From Candidatus Magasanikiibacteriota bacterium (GTDB taxonomy: Bacteria; Patescibacteriota; Patescibacteriia; Magasanikbacterales; UBA922), in NCBI GenBank assembly GCA_035389585.1, contig DAOOSC010000001.1, positions 6,290 through 70,289 of the forward strand: 64,000 nucleotides of DNA, read 5' to 3'. Every line of letters begins with the position of its first letter. Within the stretch, counting starts at the first letter, position 1. Shown one piece after another: positions 8,281-17,487 of the stretch. The notes beneath the pieces were generated by a model. It searched no databases. It was not told where the DNA came from and saw only the letters and a program-made list of their open reading frames with translations. The position numbers were made by a program, and so were the translations under genes.

Positions 8281-10551
8281 ATGGCTGTAATCATGGGTTT
8301 TTTAGCACAATTCACTTGGTTTTATCGGGTGATTTCCGCTGAATTGGGCGGATTGATTTTACTTACGGTTCGATTATTGATGAATGGACCGGATTGGATC
8401 GGAGTGATTGGTTTCGGGATATTTGTTTTCGCAAATGCTTGTGTCTGGCGTCGAGTGGTGAGCGGTATTTGGCGGGAGAGATTGACAGAGCGGTTTTCGC
8501 TTGTCTATGGGATTATTTTGGAATTATTTGTTTTGAGTTCATTTTATGCGGTGTTTATTTTGAATGGACATTTATATCGCGGGGCGATTTTTGGCGGGTT
8601 TGTTTTCGCGGGAGCGATCGCTCATTTTTTCTATGAGAGATTGCGGGGGACATATTTACGTGGTCGTGGCAATGGTTGGGGTGATGAGAAATTTTCGCAC
8701 GATGCGGAAACCCCCTGGAGTCTATTTGGGAGAAATTCAATTTGGTTGGTCTTGTTTGTGTTATTGTGGGGGGTGGGTTTGTATTTTTTGACGCGCACGG
8801 TCGGGACGGATTCATATCAGACTCCTTGGCAATTAATTAGCCGGTATTATCTGCCGATTTTTTTTGGATTGACTCTTGTGGTCGGGATTATTTTGGTTTC
8901 CAAATTTCCGACTTCGATTGTAATATTTTATCTCATCGCACAGTCATTGCTCATGCATTGGTATCTGCCAGCGACACATGTATTACCTTGGGGTGGGGAT
9001 GTTTGGCGCCATGTCGCGGCTGAGAATCGATATTTACGCGGTGACTATGTTTTGCCGGTCTTGTTCGGGCCGGATGCTAAATGGGGAGAATCGGTAGGAA
9101 TCGATTTGCCAGAAACGATTTTGATTCCGCACAAATTCGCCTATGCTCAGTTTTGGGGGGTGGGAGTAGCTTTTTCAGATACTCTCGGGATTAGCCCGAT
9201 TGTTTTCAATAAATATTTCATGCCGATTTTGTGGCCGTTTGTTTTCACGCTTTTATTATACCGATTGGGGTTGGTCATATTTGGTCGTAGGCGGGCGGCA
9301 CTCCTGCTCGCGGCCGGAGGGGTGACACTTTTTTCTTTTCAGGCCAATGGGGGTTTCACTTTACCAAATCCATTCGCATTTTTGTTCTATCTCACAGCAT
9401 TGATTACACATTTTGCGTATTTGCGCGATCGTGAGGTGCAGACACGTCGAGCGATTTGGTTGTTTTCGCTCAGTATGATTTTGGTGTATCCGCTCTATGC
9501 GCTCATATACTGGATGGGTTTATTGGTAGCATTTGTTTTGCAGAAAATTTCGATAATAAGGAATGTTTGGAAATATGGTTTGGTGGTGGCAGGGGTGATG
9601 ACTTTTGGGGTTTGTCTGGTGCCTATGATTGATTTATTTTCCGGACTTTCGCGTTTTCCGTCGTGGATTGAACTCGGGAATGGGATGAAACAGGCAGGGG
9701 CGATTTTTTCCGGATGGTTGATGAGTCGTGGTATTATGAACTATGACATCGAAGGTGGAAATATCTTATTCAATCAGCCACCGCTTTATGCGTACGTAGC
9801 AAATTATTTTTCTGTTTTGCGAATCGTTTTGCCGGCAGTGCTGGTTTTATTTTGGAGTACTGCCGTGATTGGTTTTTGGCGGGCATGGCGGAGTCGCGAT
9901 CTCGTCGCGCGGATGATTTGCTGGCTCGTGGTGACAGCGGTTGGTGGTTATTTGACGGGCTTCTTTGTCCTTCAGGGGGATAGATTATTTGCACGACGAT
10001 TGGATTTATTGTTTGCATTTACGACAGCAGTCTTGTTTCTTTTTGGGGCGTATTATTTGTTTAATTTGCTGTGGCGCAAATTTTTGCATAAGTTTCCCAG
10101 GTTTGTAATTTCGATTGGTGTGATTATTGTGATTGTGGGATGGGCACTCTGCACTGTATTCACATATGGTATGGGACCGGATATGAGAGTGGCGGCGACG
10201 GCGGATGTAGAATTTGCGAATCAAATCGTTGCTGATCGAAAAATCAGTGAAAGGGATTGTGTTCTCGCTGATACCTGGCCACTGCTCGTGCTCGAGGGCG
10301 TATCGGGGCGCGATATTGTTGGCGGCGGTTTTCCGATGGAATATAATTATGGACAAAAAGAGCGGGTGGCATTGTATTTTGAAATTACCACCAATCCGAC
10401 CACGACCACGATATTGATGGCACAGAAATTGACTGGAGCAGAGAATTGCCGAATGTATTTGCCGCGCAACTCGCAAAGTTTTTCTAGTAGTACTATTGAT
10501 AGTTTATTGGGAAAGAAGTCACTTGTTATTGGGGATAATTTGCTTTATTAG
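8281..10551 (+). CDS. Large polytopic membrane protein, putative GT-C-fold; apparent paralog of the divergent gene
   Basis: Many TM segments; TPW...WGGDVWRHVAAE motif; start uncertain (8254/8281/8293). Confidence 0.65.
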   Translation: MAVIMGFLAQFTWFYRVISAELGGLILLTVRLLMNGPDWIGVIGFGIFVFANACVWRRVVSGIWRERLTERFSLVYGIILELFVLSSFYAVFILNGHLYRGAIFGGFVFAGAIAHFFYERLRGTYLRGRGNGWGDEKFSHDAETPWSLFGRNSIWLVLFVLLWGVGLYFLTRTVGTDSYQTPWQLISRYYLPIFFGLTLVVGIILVSKFPTSIVIFYLIAQSLLMHWYLPATHVLPWGGDVWRHVAAENRYLRGDYVLPVLFGPDAKWGESVGIDLPETILIPHKFAYAQFWGVGVAFSDTLGISPIVFNKYFMPILWPFVFTLLLYRLGLVIFGRRRAALLLAAGGVTLFSFQANGGFTLPNPFAFLFYLTALITHFAYLRDREVQTRRAIWLFSLSMILVYPLYALIYWMGLLVAFVLQKISIIRNVWKYGLVVAGVMTFGVCLVPMIDLFSGLSRFPSWIELGNGMKQAGAIFSGWLMSRGIMNYDIEGGNILFNQPPLYAYVANYFSVLRIVLPAVLVLFWSTAVIGFWRAWRSRDLVARMICWLVVTAVGGYLTGFFVLQGDRLFARRLDLLFAFTTAVLFLFGAYYLFNLLWRKFLHKFPRFVISIGVIIVIVGWALCTVFTYGMGPDMRVAATADVEFANQIVADRKISERDCVLADTWPLLVLEGVSGRDIVGGGFPMEYNYGQKERVALYFEITTNPTTTTILMAQKLTGAENCRMYLPRNSQSFSSSTIDSLLGKKSLVIGDNLLY

Positions 10552-10561
10552 TTTCGTCGAT

Positions 10562-10589
10562 TTGACAATTATTTCGGTTTTGGTATAAT
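10562..10589 (+). promoter_or_regulatory. Consensus sigma70 promoter of the leader-peptide/GNAT unit
   Basis: TTGACA-16bp-TATAAT with TG extended -10. Confidence 0.8.
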
Positions 10590-10598
10590 CAACATATT

Positions 10599-10655
10599 AT
10601 GAATAACAGTTTTGCGAAACAATTGAAGAAGGGTAAGAAGAGCTTTTTGACCTGA
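10599..10655 (+). CDS. Putative Lys-rich attenuator leader peptide MNNSFAKQLKKGKKSFLT
   Basis: ATG 9 nt after the -10 box; 5 Lys codons in an 8-codon stretch (AAA CAA TTG AAG AAG GGT AAG AAG); overlaps the antiterminator arm. Confidence 0.6.
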   Translation: MNNSFAKQLKKGKKSFLT

Positions 10656-10677
10656 AGAAGTTATTTTGTCATTATTC

Positions 10678-10715
10678 AAAAGAGCTTTTTCAGATGAAAG
10701 AGCTCTTTTTTGTTT
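10678..10715 (+). terminator. Attenuator terminator upstream of the GNAT gene
   Basis: Stem AAAAGAGCTTTTTC/GAAAGAGCTCTTTT, loop AGAT, U-rich tail; lies between promoter and CDS. Confidence 0.8.
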
Positions 10716-10769
10716 CAGACAAAAGTTTGTTCATTACAAAACGCATTTATTAAACCAAAGGAGAGAACG

Positions 10770-11690
10770 ATGTTGAATTCCAGTATTGGTCTCATTGGCA
10801 TGCCTTATTTCGATGAGAAAAATGACCGCACAAAGGCGTTTTACACCACACCATTGAACAGGGAGGGGGAGATAAAGGAGGTGTTGGATCGTTTTTTGGT
10901 AGTGGCACGGGGCACTCGTCTCAGTGTGCGTCTGCTCGCGCGAAATATCCCCGATGCGATTCTGATGGAGATCGTATGTTCGCGTGCGGAAGTGGTGTTG
11001 GTCTGCGAAGCGATCTTGCCTGTGAATGGTTCAGGCTTGAAGATCGTGTATTATGGATGGAACCATGATTCTCGACGGACCAATCTCGGTCGGCAGAGTT
11101 CGGAAAATGATTTGTTGGGAAATGTGAGGTCGCGCCAGTGTCCGCATTTCCACGATTATTCGGATTTCACGGTGGAATTTTCTGTAGGGAGAGAGGATTG
11201 GTCTCAGACGGATGTTTCGAGGTTGCTCGAAATTTATCAGCGTACGTTCTCTGGCTATCTCATTGATTTTACGGTGGAGACGGTGCGGACAATGCTCGAA
11301 ACCAATTGGGTATCGCTCATTCGTTGTCGCGAGAGGGGGGAAATCGTCTCGGTCGCGATGGGGGAATTGGTGGAAATAAATGCAGGAGGTATTGTATTGT
11401 CGCTGTCGGAATTGTCAGAAGTAGCAACTCACCCTGATTTTCAACGTCGTGGCTTGGCTCATTTGGCTTTCAGTCGTTTGCGAGATGAGTTAGTTAGGGC
11501 GGGCGTGAAGGTGGTTTTCAGCGAAACACGGGCGGTGAGCTATGGGATGATGGCGGTGGCGCATGATGCTGGTTTCGAAGTGCGTGGTCTGCTCGAACAG
11601 CATTGTGTCATCTCGTCGCCATTCAGTGATTCTGATCAAGATGGGGCGTATGGCGATCTCGTCATATTTGCTCTGCCGTCGCGGGCATAG
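10770..11690 (+). CDS. GNAT acetyltransferase resembling beta-lysine N6-acetyltransferase (AblB/YodP-like)
   Basis: AAGGAG SD; YFD..N.R N-terminal motif; ELSEVATHPDFQRRGLA acetyl-CoA motif A; SETRAVSYGM and G.L..HC.I tail. Confidence 0.75.
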   Translation: MLNSSIGLIGMPYFDEKNDRTKAFYTTPLNREGEIKEVLDRFLVVARGTRLSVRLLARNIPDAILMEIVCSRAEVVLVCEAILPVNGSGLKIVYYGWNHDSRRTNLGRQSSENDLLGNVRSRQCPHFHDYSDFTVEFSVGREDWSQTDVSRLLEIYQRTFSGYLIDFTVETVRTMLETNWVSLIRCRERGEIVSVAMGELVEINAGGIVLSLSELSEVATHPDFQRRGLAHLAFSRLRDELVRAGVKVVFSETRAVSYGMMAVAHDAGFEVRGLLEQHCVISSPFSDSDQDGAYGDLVIFALPSRA

Positions 11691-11770
11691 AGTCTGTCGA
11701 GGGGAAAGCGTTTTTTACGTAAGTACCCTCCAATTTAATCGTTTAATTATTTGTTTATTTAATTTGCTAT

Positions 11771-12496
11771 ATGGAAAAAACACATATTGAGGCTAGGAAT
11801 AAAATAGTGGTGGATGCTTTGAGGCAGAATCGCGCAATGATTGGCCCGGTTTTGAAGTTTGATTTTTCGCGTGAAAAATTTCAAGTTTTTGATTTGACGC
11901 GAAGCAATGGAGAATTGTTGGCGATTGATCTAAATAATGAAAAGCAGTTTATAAATTATATTTTCGAAACAATGGCGCGAAACCAGTGTCGTGTCGGAGT
12001 GGGTCGCTATGATGAAGATCGTGTGATCTATGAACGGAGCGGTCTATTTGCCAATCCGAAAGAAGCTCGGTCACTGCACCTCGGGATTGATTTGTGGGTT
12101 TCGGCTGGTGAGCCGGTCTTCGCACCGCTTCCTGGTACGGTGCATAGTTTTCAAGATAATACCCATTTTGGCGATTACGGGCCGACAATTATTTTGGCAC
12201 ATAATATATTTGGGGTGCGGTTTTTTACTCTCTATGGTCATCTGAGTCGGGAATCGTTGAATGGTTTGTTCGTAGGGAAAGAAATTGCGAAAGGTGAACG
12301 AATAGCGACAGTAGGCGAGTATGCGGTCAATGGTAATTGGCCGTCGCATCTGCACTTCGAGATTATTACTGATATGTTGGGCAAGCGAGGTGATTTCCCG
12401 GGGGTAGCGAAAATTCAGGAGCGGGATTTGTATTTATCTCTCTGTCCGGATCCGAATCTGATTTTAGGTATTCCGGGTTTGGATCATGGTGTATAG
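11771..12496 (+). CDS. M23 family metallopeptidase, stand-alone domain without signal peptide
   Basis: HLGID, YGHL and HLHF zinc-binding motifs; GRY.E.R..Y and DYGPTIIL.H. Confidence 0.88.
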   Translation: MEKTHIEARNKIVVDALRQNRAMIGPVLKFDFSREKFQVFDLTRSNGELLAIDLNNEKQFINYIFETMARNQCRVGVGRYDEDRVIYERSGLFANPKEARSLHLGIDLWVSAGEPVFAPLPGTVHSFQDNTHFGDYGPTIILAHNIFGVRFFTLYGHLSRESLNGLFVGKEIAKGERIATVGEYAVNGNWPSHLHFEIITDMLGKRGDFPGVAKIQERDLYLSLCPDPNLILGIPGLDHGV

Positions 12497-12600
12497 GAAG
12501 TTTGTTTGCTTTTTTGGATTGTGATATAATTTAAACAACATAATTACTGCGAATAAAAACGACAGTATTTGTATTATTTAGAATAAATTAATTAAAAAAT

Positions 12601-13005
12601 ATGCCGGATTGCATTTTTTGTAAAATTGTCAAAGGAGAAATTCCATCTCACAAAGTATATGAAGACGACAATGCTTTGGCTTTTCTGGATATTTTCCCCC
12701 ACGCCAAAGGTCATACGGTCGTAATTCCGAAAAAACATTTTGTCACGCCATTTGATATGACAGCGGATGAATTTATGTTAATTTCGAAGGCAGTGCAATC
12801 GGCGATGATGAGGTTGCAGGAGAAATTATCACCGGCCGGTTTCAACGTCGGTTGGAATCAGGGCGATATCGGTGGCCAAGTGGTGAAACACTTGCATATT
12901 CATATTTTTCCGCGCTATGAGAATGATGGGGGTACCTCCGTACATGCGATTGTGAAAAATCCCGGCGATCAGACACCGGCGGAATTAGCCAAACTATTTG
13001 TTTAA
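12601..13005 (+). CDS. HIT family nucleotide hydrolase
   Basis: CIFCKIV N-terminus; HLHIH histidine triad. Confidence 0.95.
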   Translation: MPDCIFCKIVKGEIPSHKVYEDDNALAFLDIFPHAKGHTVVIPKKHFVTPFDMTADEFMLISKAVQSAMMRLQEKLSPAGFNVGWNQGDIGGQVVKHLHIHIFPRYENDGGTSVHAIVKNPGDQTPAELAKLFV

Positions 13006-13006
13006 T

Positions 13007-13555
13007 ATGGGTTATTTCAAAAAATTAGAGGAACAGATCTATTTCGAATCTTTTCACATGGTGGGCAAGCGAGATTTGCTGGAAGACAAGAGTGGGAACA
13101 AATTTAATTATTTTTATGGTATTGCGCCGGGTGGGGCTTTGGTAATTCCAGTTTTATCGGATGGTCGGATTGCGCTTGTGTATCAATATCGTTATTTACA
13201 GGATAAAAAAGGCTATGAATTTCCACGCGGGGCAATCAATCCGGGTGAGTCTCCGAATGATGCGGCGAAACGTGAATTAGAGGAGGAGACGGGTTGTATG
13301 GCTTCGGATTTGATCAAAGTCGGCACATTCGTTCCTTCTCCGCCGAGTATGAAGGATATAATGCATGTGTTCGTGGCTGAGGCGGATCATACGGGCAGTC
13401 AGAAATTAGATTTTAATGAATACATGGAAGTGGTGTTTCGTCGGCCGGACGAAATTGACGAGATGGTTCGTCGGGGCGAAATTTGGGACGGAGTGACGCT
13501 TGCGGCTTGGGCAATGGCGCATCATCAGTTTTTACATAAAGATAAATTGGCTTAA
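13007..13555 (+). CDS. NUDIX hydrolase (ADP-ribose pyrophosphatase-like)
   Basis: QYRY...EFPRG; Nudix box GAINPGESPNDAAKRELEEETG. Confidence 0.92.
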   Translation: MGYFKKLEEQIYFESFHMVGKRDLLEDKSGNKFNYFYGIAPGGALVIPVLSDGRIALVYQYRYLQDKKGYEFPRGAINPGESPNDAAKRELEEETGCMASDLIKVGTFVPSPPSMKDIMHVFVAEADHTGSQKLDFNEYMEVVFRRPDEIDEMVRRGEIWDGVTLAAWAMAHHQFLHKDKLA

Positions 13556-13559
13556 TCAT

Positions 13560-14870
13560 ATGGATAGAGAACAAATGGGGCAAAGGGCAAATGATTTTTT
13601 ACAGGCGAGCGCCGTGGCAATGGGGGTGGTCGGTCTCGGGGTGGCGGCAGAAAATGCGGTTGCTAGTCAGGAGAAGAGGGAAATCGAACCAAAGTCGGTT
13701 GTGCATAAAATATCTGAGAGTGGAGATGTTTTGGCACAGCCAATGAAAAATGGGGCGGATTTATTTGTGCCGACAGAAAATCCAAGTGACAGAAAACCGA
13801 CGGTGTTGAATTCGACTGTTGTGGTCGAAACAAAAACGGCGCCGGTACCCGAGGTCGTGGTAGATGCAAGTCCGGTTTCGCGCGATTCGCAAGTGAAAAC
13901 AGTACCAAAACCAGATGTTGCGCCCCCGCAAAAATTATCAGTTGTCGAAAGTTCTGGGGACAGTTCGGCGGATTTGTTGAAAAATTTTTCGCTCGAAAAA
14001 AGTTTGCGTCGAGATCCGTATTTAGGCCAATTTCTCCAATCTTGGCAAAAGAAAAACTATCGTTCATATTCAGGCGAGCGTCGAACATTTTCGACTGATA
14101 CGAATAAAGCTTATGCAGATTTTTATAGAGATCGACAGTTGAAAATTTGGATGGGAATTTTCAATAATCCGCCAGAGACAGCGGATGTACAAATGAAGAA
14201 ATATTTTCACCGTTTGATTGAGAGTAAAACTTGTCGCGATAAGGTGCATGAAGCCGTGATCGCCAGTTCGACTGAATTTGGTGTACCAATGGATATTATT
14301 TATGGGATGATTGGGGCGGAATCAGGTGGCGACACAGAAAAAATTTCTAGTGCCAAAGCGGTCGGCGTCATGCAAGTGAAGCATGATACGGCCTATGCTG
14401 AGATGGTCAGAATTACAGATATTCCGAAGTATCAGGAAATGTTTGGCAAGTCTGAACGGTGGAAAAAAATGAATGTGGGAAATACCAAAGACAATATTGC
14501 AATCGGCACTGCTTATTTGCGTTATTTGTATGAACAGTACCATGATTGGAATTTTGCTTTGATGGCGTATAATTCGGGCCCAGGTCATTTCGAGAAAGAT
14601 ATGGTGCGCATGTATAATAAATCAGTGACCGATAAATTTTCGGTGGATCGAGAAAGAGGGGGTAAATTAAATGTTGAAAAACCAAAGACGGTGGTCTATG
14701 ATGTCGTTCGAAAAGATTTTGGGAGATTTTTGCGTGAGCAGTGTCCGTCTTTTGCGGCGGTTTTGAATAGATCGAACGGGGGAGAGCAGTTGAATACTAA
14801 TTATGTTTTCAAGGTATTGGTGTTGTCGCCAACCACCAAATTGGCCGTTGAAGAGGGTAGAGTAAAATAA
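13560..14870 (+). CDS. Exported lytic transglycosylase (SLT domain) with long low-complexity linker
   Basis: AESGG catalytic Glu, GVMQV, NI..GT.YL and ALMAYNSG motifs; N-terminal hydrophobic segment. Confidence 0.85.
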   Translation: MDREQMGQRANDFLQASAVAMGVVGLGVAAENAVASQEKREIEPKSVVHKISESGDVLAQPMKNGADLFVPTENPSDRKPTVLNSTVVVETKTAPVPEVVVDASPVSRDSQVKTVPKPDVAPPQKLSVVESSGDSSADLLKNFSLEKSLRRDPYLGQFLQSWQKKNYRSYSGERRTFSTDTNKAYADFYRDRQLKIWMGIFNNPPETADVQMKKYFHRLIESKTCRDKVHEAVIASSTEFGVPMDIIYGMIGAESGGDTEKISSAKAVGVMQVKHDTAYAEMVRITDIPKYQEMFGKSERWKKMNVGNTKDNIAIGTAYLRYLYEQYHDWNFALMAYNSGPGHFEKDMVRMYNKSVTDKFSVDRERGGKLNVEKPKTVVYDVVRKDFGRFLREQCPSFAAVLNRSNGGEQLNTNYVFKVLVLSPTTKLAVEEGRVK

Positions 14871-14876
14871 TTTTTT

Positions 14877-15932
14877 ATGAAAAAATTAAATTGGGATCGT
14901 TTGATTAAAAAATTTGACAGTCGAAATATGTATGGCTCGCTCGCGGGCTTCGTCGATCAGATTCGAGCGGTGCGTCATCTCGGTAAAGCGTTTATGTTGC
15001 CAGAAAACTATCGTTCACCTAGAAATGTAATTGTTTGTGGTATGGGTGGATCGGTGCTCGCAGCCGATGTGATTCGGGGTGTGTTTGATTTGCAATGTCC
15101 GATTGAAATTGTTCGGGATTATATTTTACCGGATTATGTGGGGCCAGATACTTTGGTAATTGCTTCAAGTTATTCGGGTAGTACAGAAGAGACGCTCTCG
15201 GCGGCGGCCGAAGCGCATGAGCGGAAAGCAAATGTCGTCATGCTCTCGGCTGGAGGGAGATTGGTCGAATGGGCACGAGAGAAGAAAATTCCGGCGTTGG
15301 TATTCGATCCGAAAGAAAATCCTTGTGGTTCGCCACGTATGGGTCTCGGGTATTCTATAATTGGTCAAATAATTATTCTTGCTAAAGCACAGGTAATCGA
15401 TATTACCGACGGAGAATTGGACGAAGTCGAGCAGTCGGTAATCACGATGGGGAAACGATGTACTTCGGTCGGTGTGTCAAATTCCGCGCGGGCGGTGGCG
15501 GTGGAATTCATGAGTCGAGAGTGGTGGTTTGTGGGGGCGCGACATCTCGCCGGTTCAGCCCATGTCGCCGCTAACCAAACTAACGAAAATGCGAAGAGAT
15601 TTGGTGGTTATTTTCTTTTGCCGGAATTGAATCATCATTTGATCGAGGGATTATTTTTACCGAAAACCAATCAACGCAATTTAGGTTTTGTATTTTTGGA
15701 TTCGGAGAATTATCCAGAGAAAATCAAGTTGCGTGTCGCACTTACACAGAAGATTCTCAAAAAAAATAAAATAAAATTTGCAGTTTGTAAAATTCCGCGT
15801 GCTGGGGATCTATCAGAGGCGCTGGCCGCGATTGTTTGGAGTGGATATCTATCATTTTATTCCGCTTTGGTAGCAGGATTTGACCCGACGGCGATTCCGT
15901 ATGTGGATTTTCTGAAGAAGAACTTGCGCTGA
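14877..15932 (+). CDS. Bifunctional phosphoglucose/phosphomannose isomerase (SIS domain)
   Basis: GMGGS, SYSGSTEET, NENAK, PELNHH motifs. Confidence 0.92.
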   Translation: MKKLNWDRLIKKFDSRNMYGSLAGFVDQIRAVRHLGKAFMLPENYRSPRNVIVCGMGGSVLAADVIRGVFDLQCPIEIVRDYILPDYVGPDTLVIASSYSGSTEETLSAAAEAHERKANVVMLSAGGRLVEWAREKKIPALVFDPKENPCGSPRMGLGYSIIGQIIILAKAQVIDITDGELDEVEQSVITMGKRCTSVGVSNSARAVAVEFMSREWWFVGARHLAGSAHVAANQTNENAKRFGGYFLLPELNHHLIEGLFLPKTNQRNLGFVFLDSENYPEKIKLRVALTQKILKKNKIKFAVCKIPRAGDLSEALAAIVWSGYLSFYSALVAGFDPTAIPYVDFLKKNLR

Positions 15933-16001
15933 AATCTGGTCGATTCACTACTTTACATAGGGGTAAAATTGTGATATGATAGCGCTGTATTTGAGAAACT
16001 T

Positions 16002-17078
16002 ATGAAAATATTGGTTTGTGGCGGGGCCGGCTTCATCGGGTCCAATTTCATTCACTATATCCTCGAGAACTATCCGCATGATGAGGTGGTGAATTATGAT
16101 AAACTGACATATGCTGGCAATGAAGACAATTTGCGCGGTATTGAAGAAAACATTGAACTGAAATCACGCTACACTTTCATTCGCGGTGATATTTGTGATT
16201 ATAAACTATTATCGGAAGTCGTGGAGAAGTATCAGATTGATCATATTATCAATTTCGCGGCCGAGACGCATGTAGATCGCTCGATTTTTGGCGATTGTAC
16301 GGAATTTGTGATGGCGAATACTTTCGGTGTTTTGACAATTTTGAATATTTGTCGTCGTTTTCCGATTGCGAAATTTGTAAACGTGTCAACTGATGAGGTG
16401 TACGGAACATTGCAATTGGATTCTACTGAGAGGTTCACCGAATCGACCCCAATTTGCCCTAATATGCCGTATGCGGCGGCGAAAGCCGGAGGAGACATGC
16501 TCTGCCATTCGTATTTCGTCACCCATCGCATACCGGTGGTAGTCACGCATTGCTCCAATAACTATGGACCATTTCAGTATCCGGAAAAATTGATTCCATC
16601 TTCAGTGTTTCGTCTTTTGAAAAATAAACCGATCCTCATGCATGGCAACGGGAAAAATGTGCGTGATTGGATTCATGTGACGGATCATTGTCGGGCACTG
16701 GATTTAATGTTGCGAGCGGGTATTCCAGGTGAGGTGTATAACGTAGGTGTGGATAATGAGAGGAATAATTTGGAAATCGCCAAAATGATTTTGCGTATCA
16801 TGGGTAAGCCTGAGACGATGATTGAATTCGTCGAAGATCGCCCGGGTAATGACTTGCGCTACGCGATCGATGCTCAGAAAATCATGTCACTCGGATGGAA
16901 ACCGGAGTTTACACGTGATCAGTTTGAAGTCGGAATGTCTGAGACTATTAATTGGTATTTGACGCACACTGATTGGGTGCAGAAATTGTGGGAAAAACAT
17001 GATGACGCTTACAAGATCAATCATGCCCCGACACGTGAGGCACGAGAAAAAGAACAGCAAGCAAAGAAGGATATATAA
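16002..17078 (+). CDS. rfbB: dTDP-glucose 4,6-dehydratase
   Basis: GGAGFIGSNF, DKLTYAG, FAAETHVDRSI, STDEVYG, YAAAK, DRPGND.RY. Confidence 0.96.
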   Translation: MKILVCGGAGFIGSNFIHYILENYPHDEVVNYDKLTYAGNEDNLRGIEENIELKSRYTFIRGDICDYKLLSEVVEKYQIDHIINFAAETHVDRSIFGDCTEFVMANTFGVLTILNICRRFPIAKFVNVSTDEVYGTLQLDSTERFTESTPICPNMPYAAAKAGGDMLCHSYFVTHRIPVVVTHCSNNYGPFQYPEKLIPSSVFRLLKNKPILMHGNGKNVRDWIHVTDHCRALDLMLRAGIPGEVYNVGVDNERNNLEIAKMILRIMGKPETMIEFVEDRPGNDLRYAIDAQKIMSLGWKPEFTRDQFEVGMSETINWYLTHTDWVQKLWEKHDDAYKINHAPTREAREKEQQAKKDI

Positions 17079-17079
17079 T

Positions 17080-17487
17080 ATGGAATTAGTATTCAAAAAA
17101 TTGAATTTAAAAATTGTTAAAAATGAGCGAGCGATATATTCATTTGCCGAATTAAATGAATTTATTGATTTTGAGGTGAGACGAATCTATTTTTTACAAG
17201 ATTTTCACGCGGATACTGGACAGCATTGTCATAAAATTGAAAAAGAATTGTTCATCATGCAGTGCGGTACTTGTACGGCGATAATTGACCGAGGAAACGG
17301 AAAAGAAGAAATACTCATATCTGGTCCCGGTGATGCGATTTATGTGGGCGCTTATGTGTGGCATGGGTTCAAAGATATTTCTCCAGATGCTGTTCTCATG
17401 GCGCTTTCCTCGACCAATTATAATCCAGATCGGAGTGATTATGTGGAGGATTATGACGCATATAGAGAGATGATTACCAAATTATGA
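17080..17487 (+). CDS. FdtA/QdtA (WxcM-like) cupin, dTDP-4-keto-6-deoxyglucose 3,4-ketoisomerase family
   Basis: RRIYF, G.HCH....E, WH and Y....DY motifs; follows rfbB. Confidence 0.8.
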   Translation: MELVFKKLNLKIVKNERAIYSFAELNEFIDFEVRRIYFLQDFHADTGQHCHKIEKELFIMQCGTCTAIIDRGNGKEEILISGPGDAIYVGAYVWHGFKDISPDAVLMALSSTNYNPDRSDYVEDYDAYREMITKL

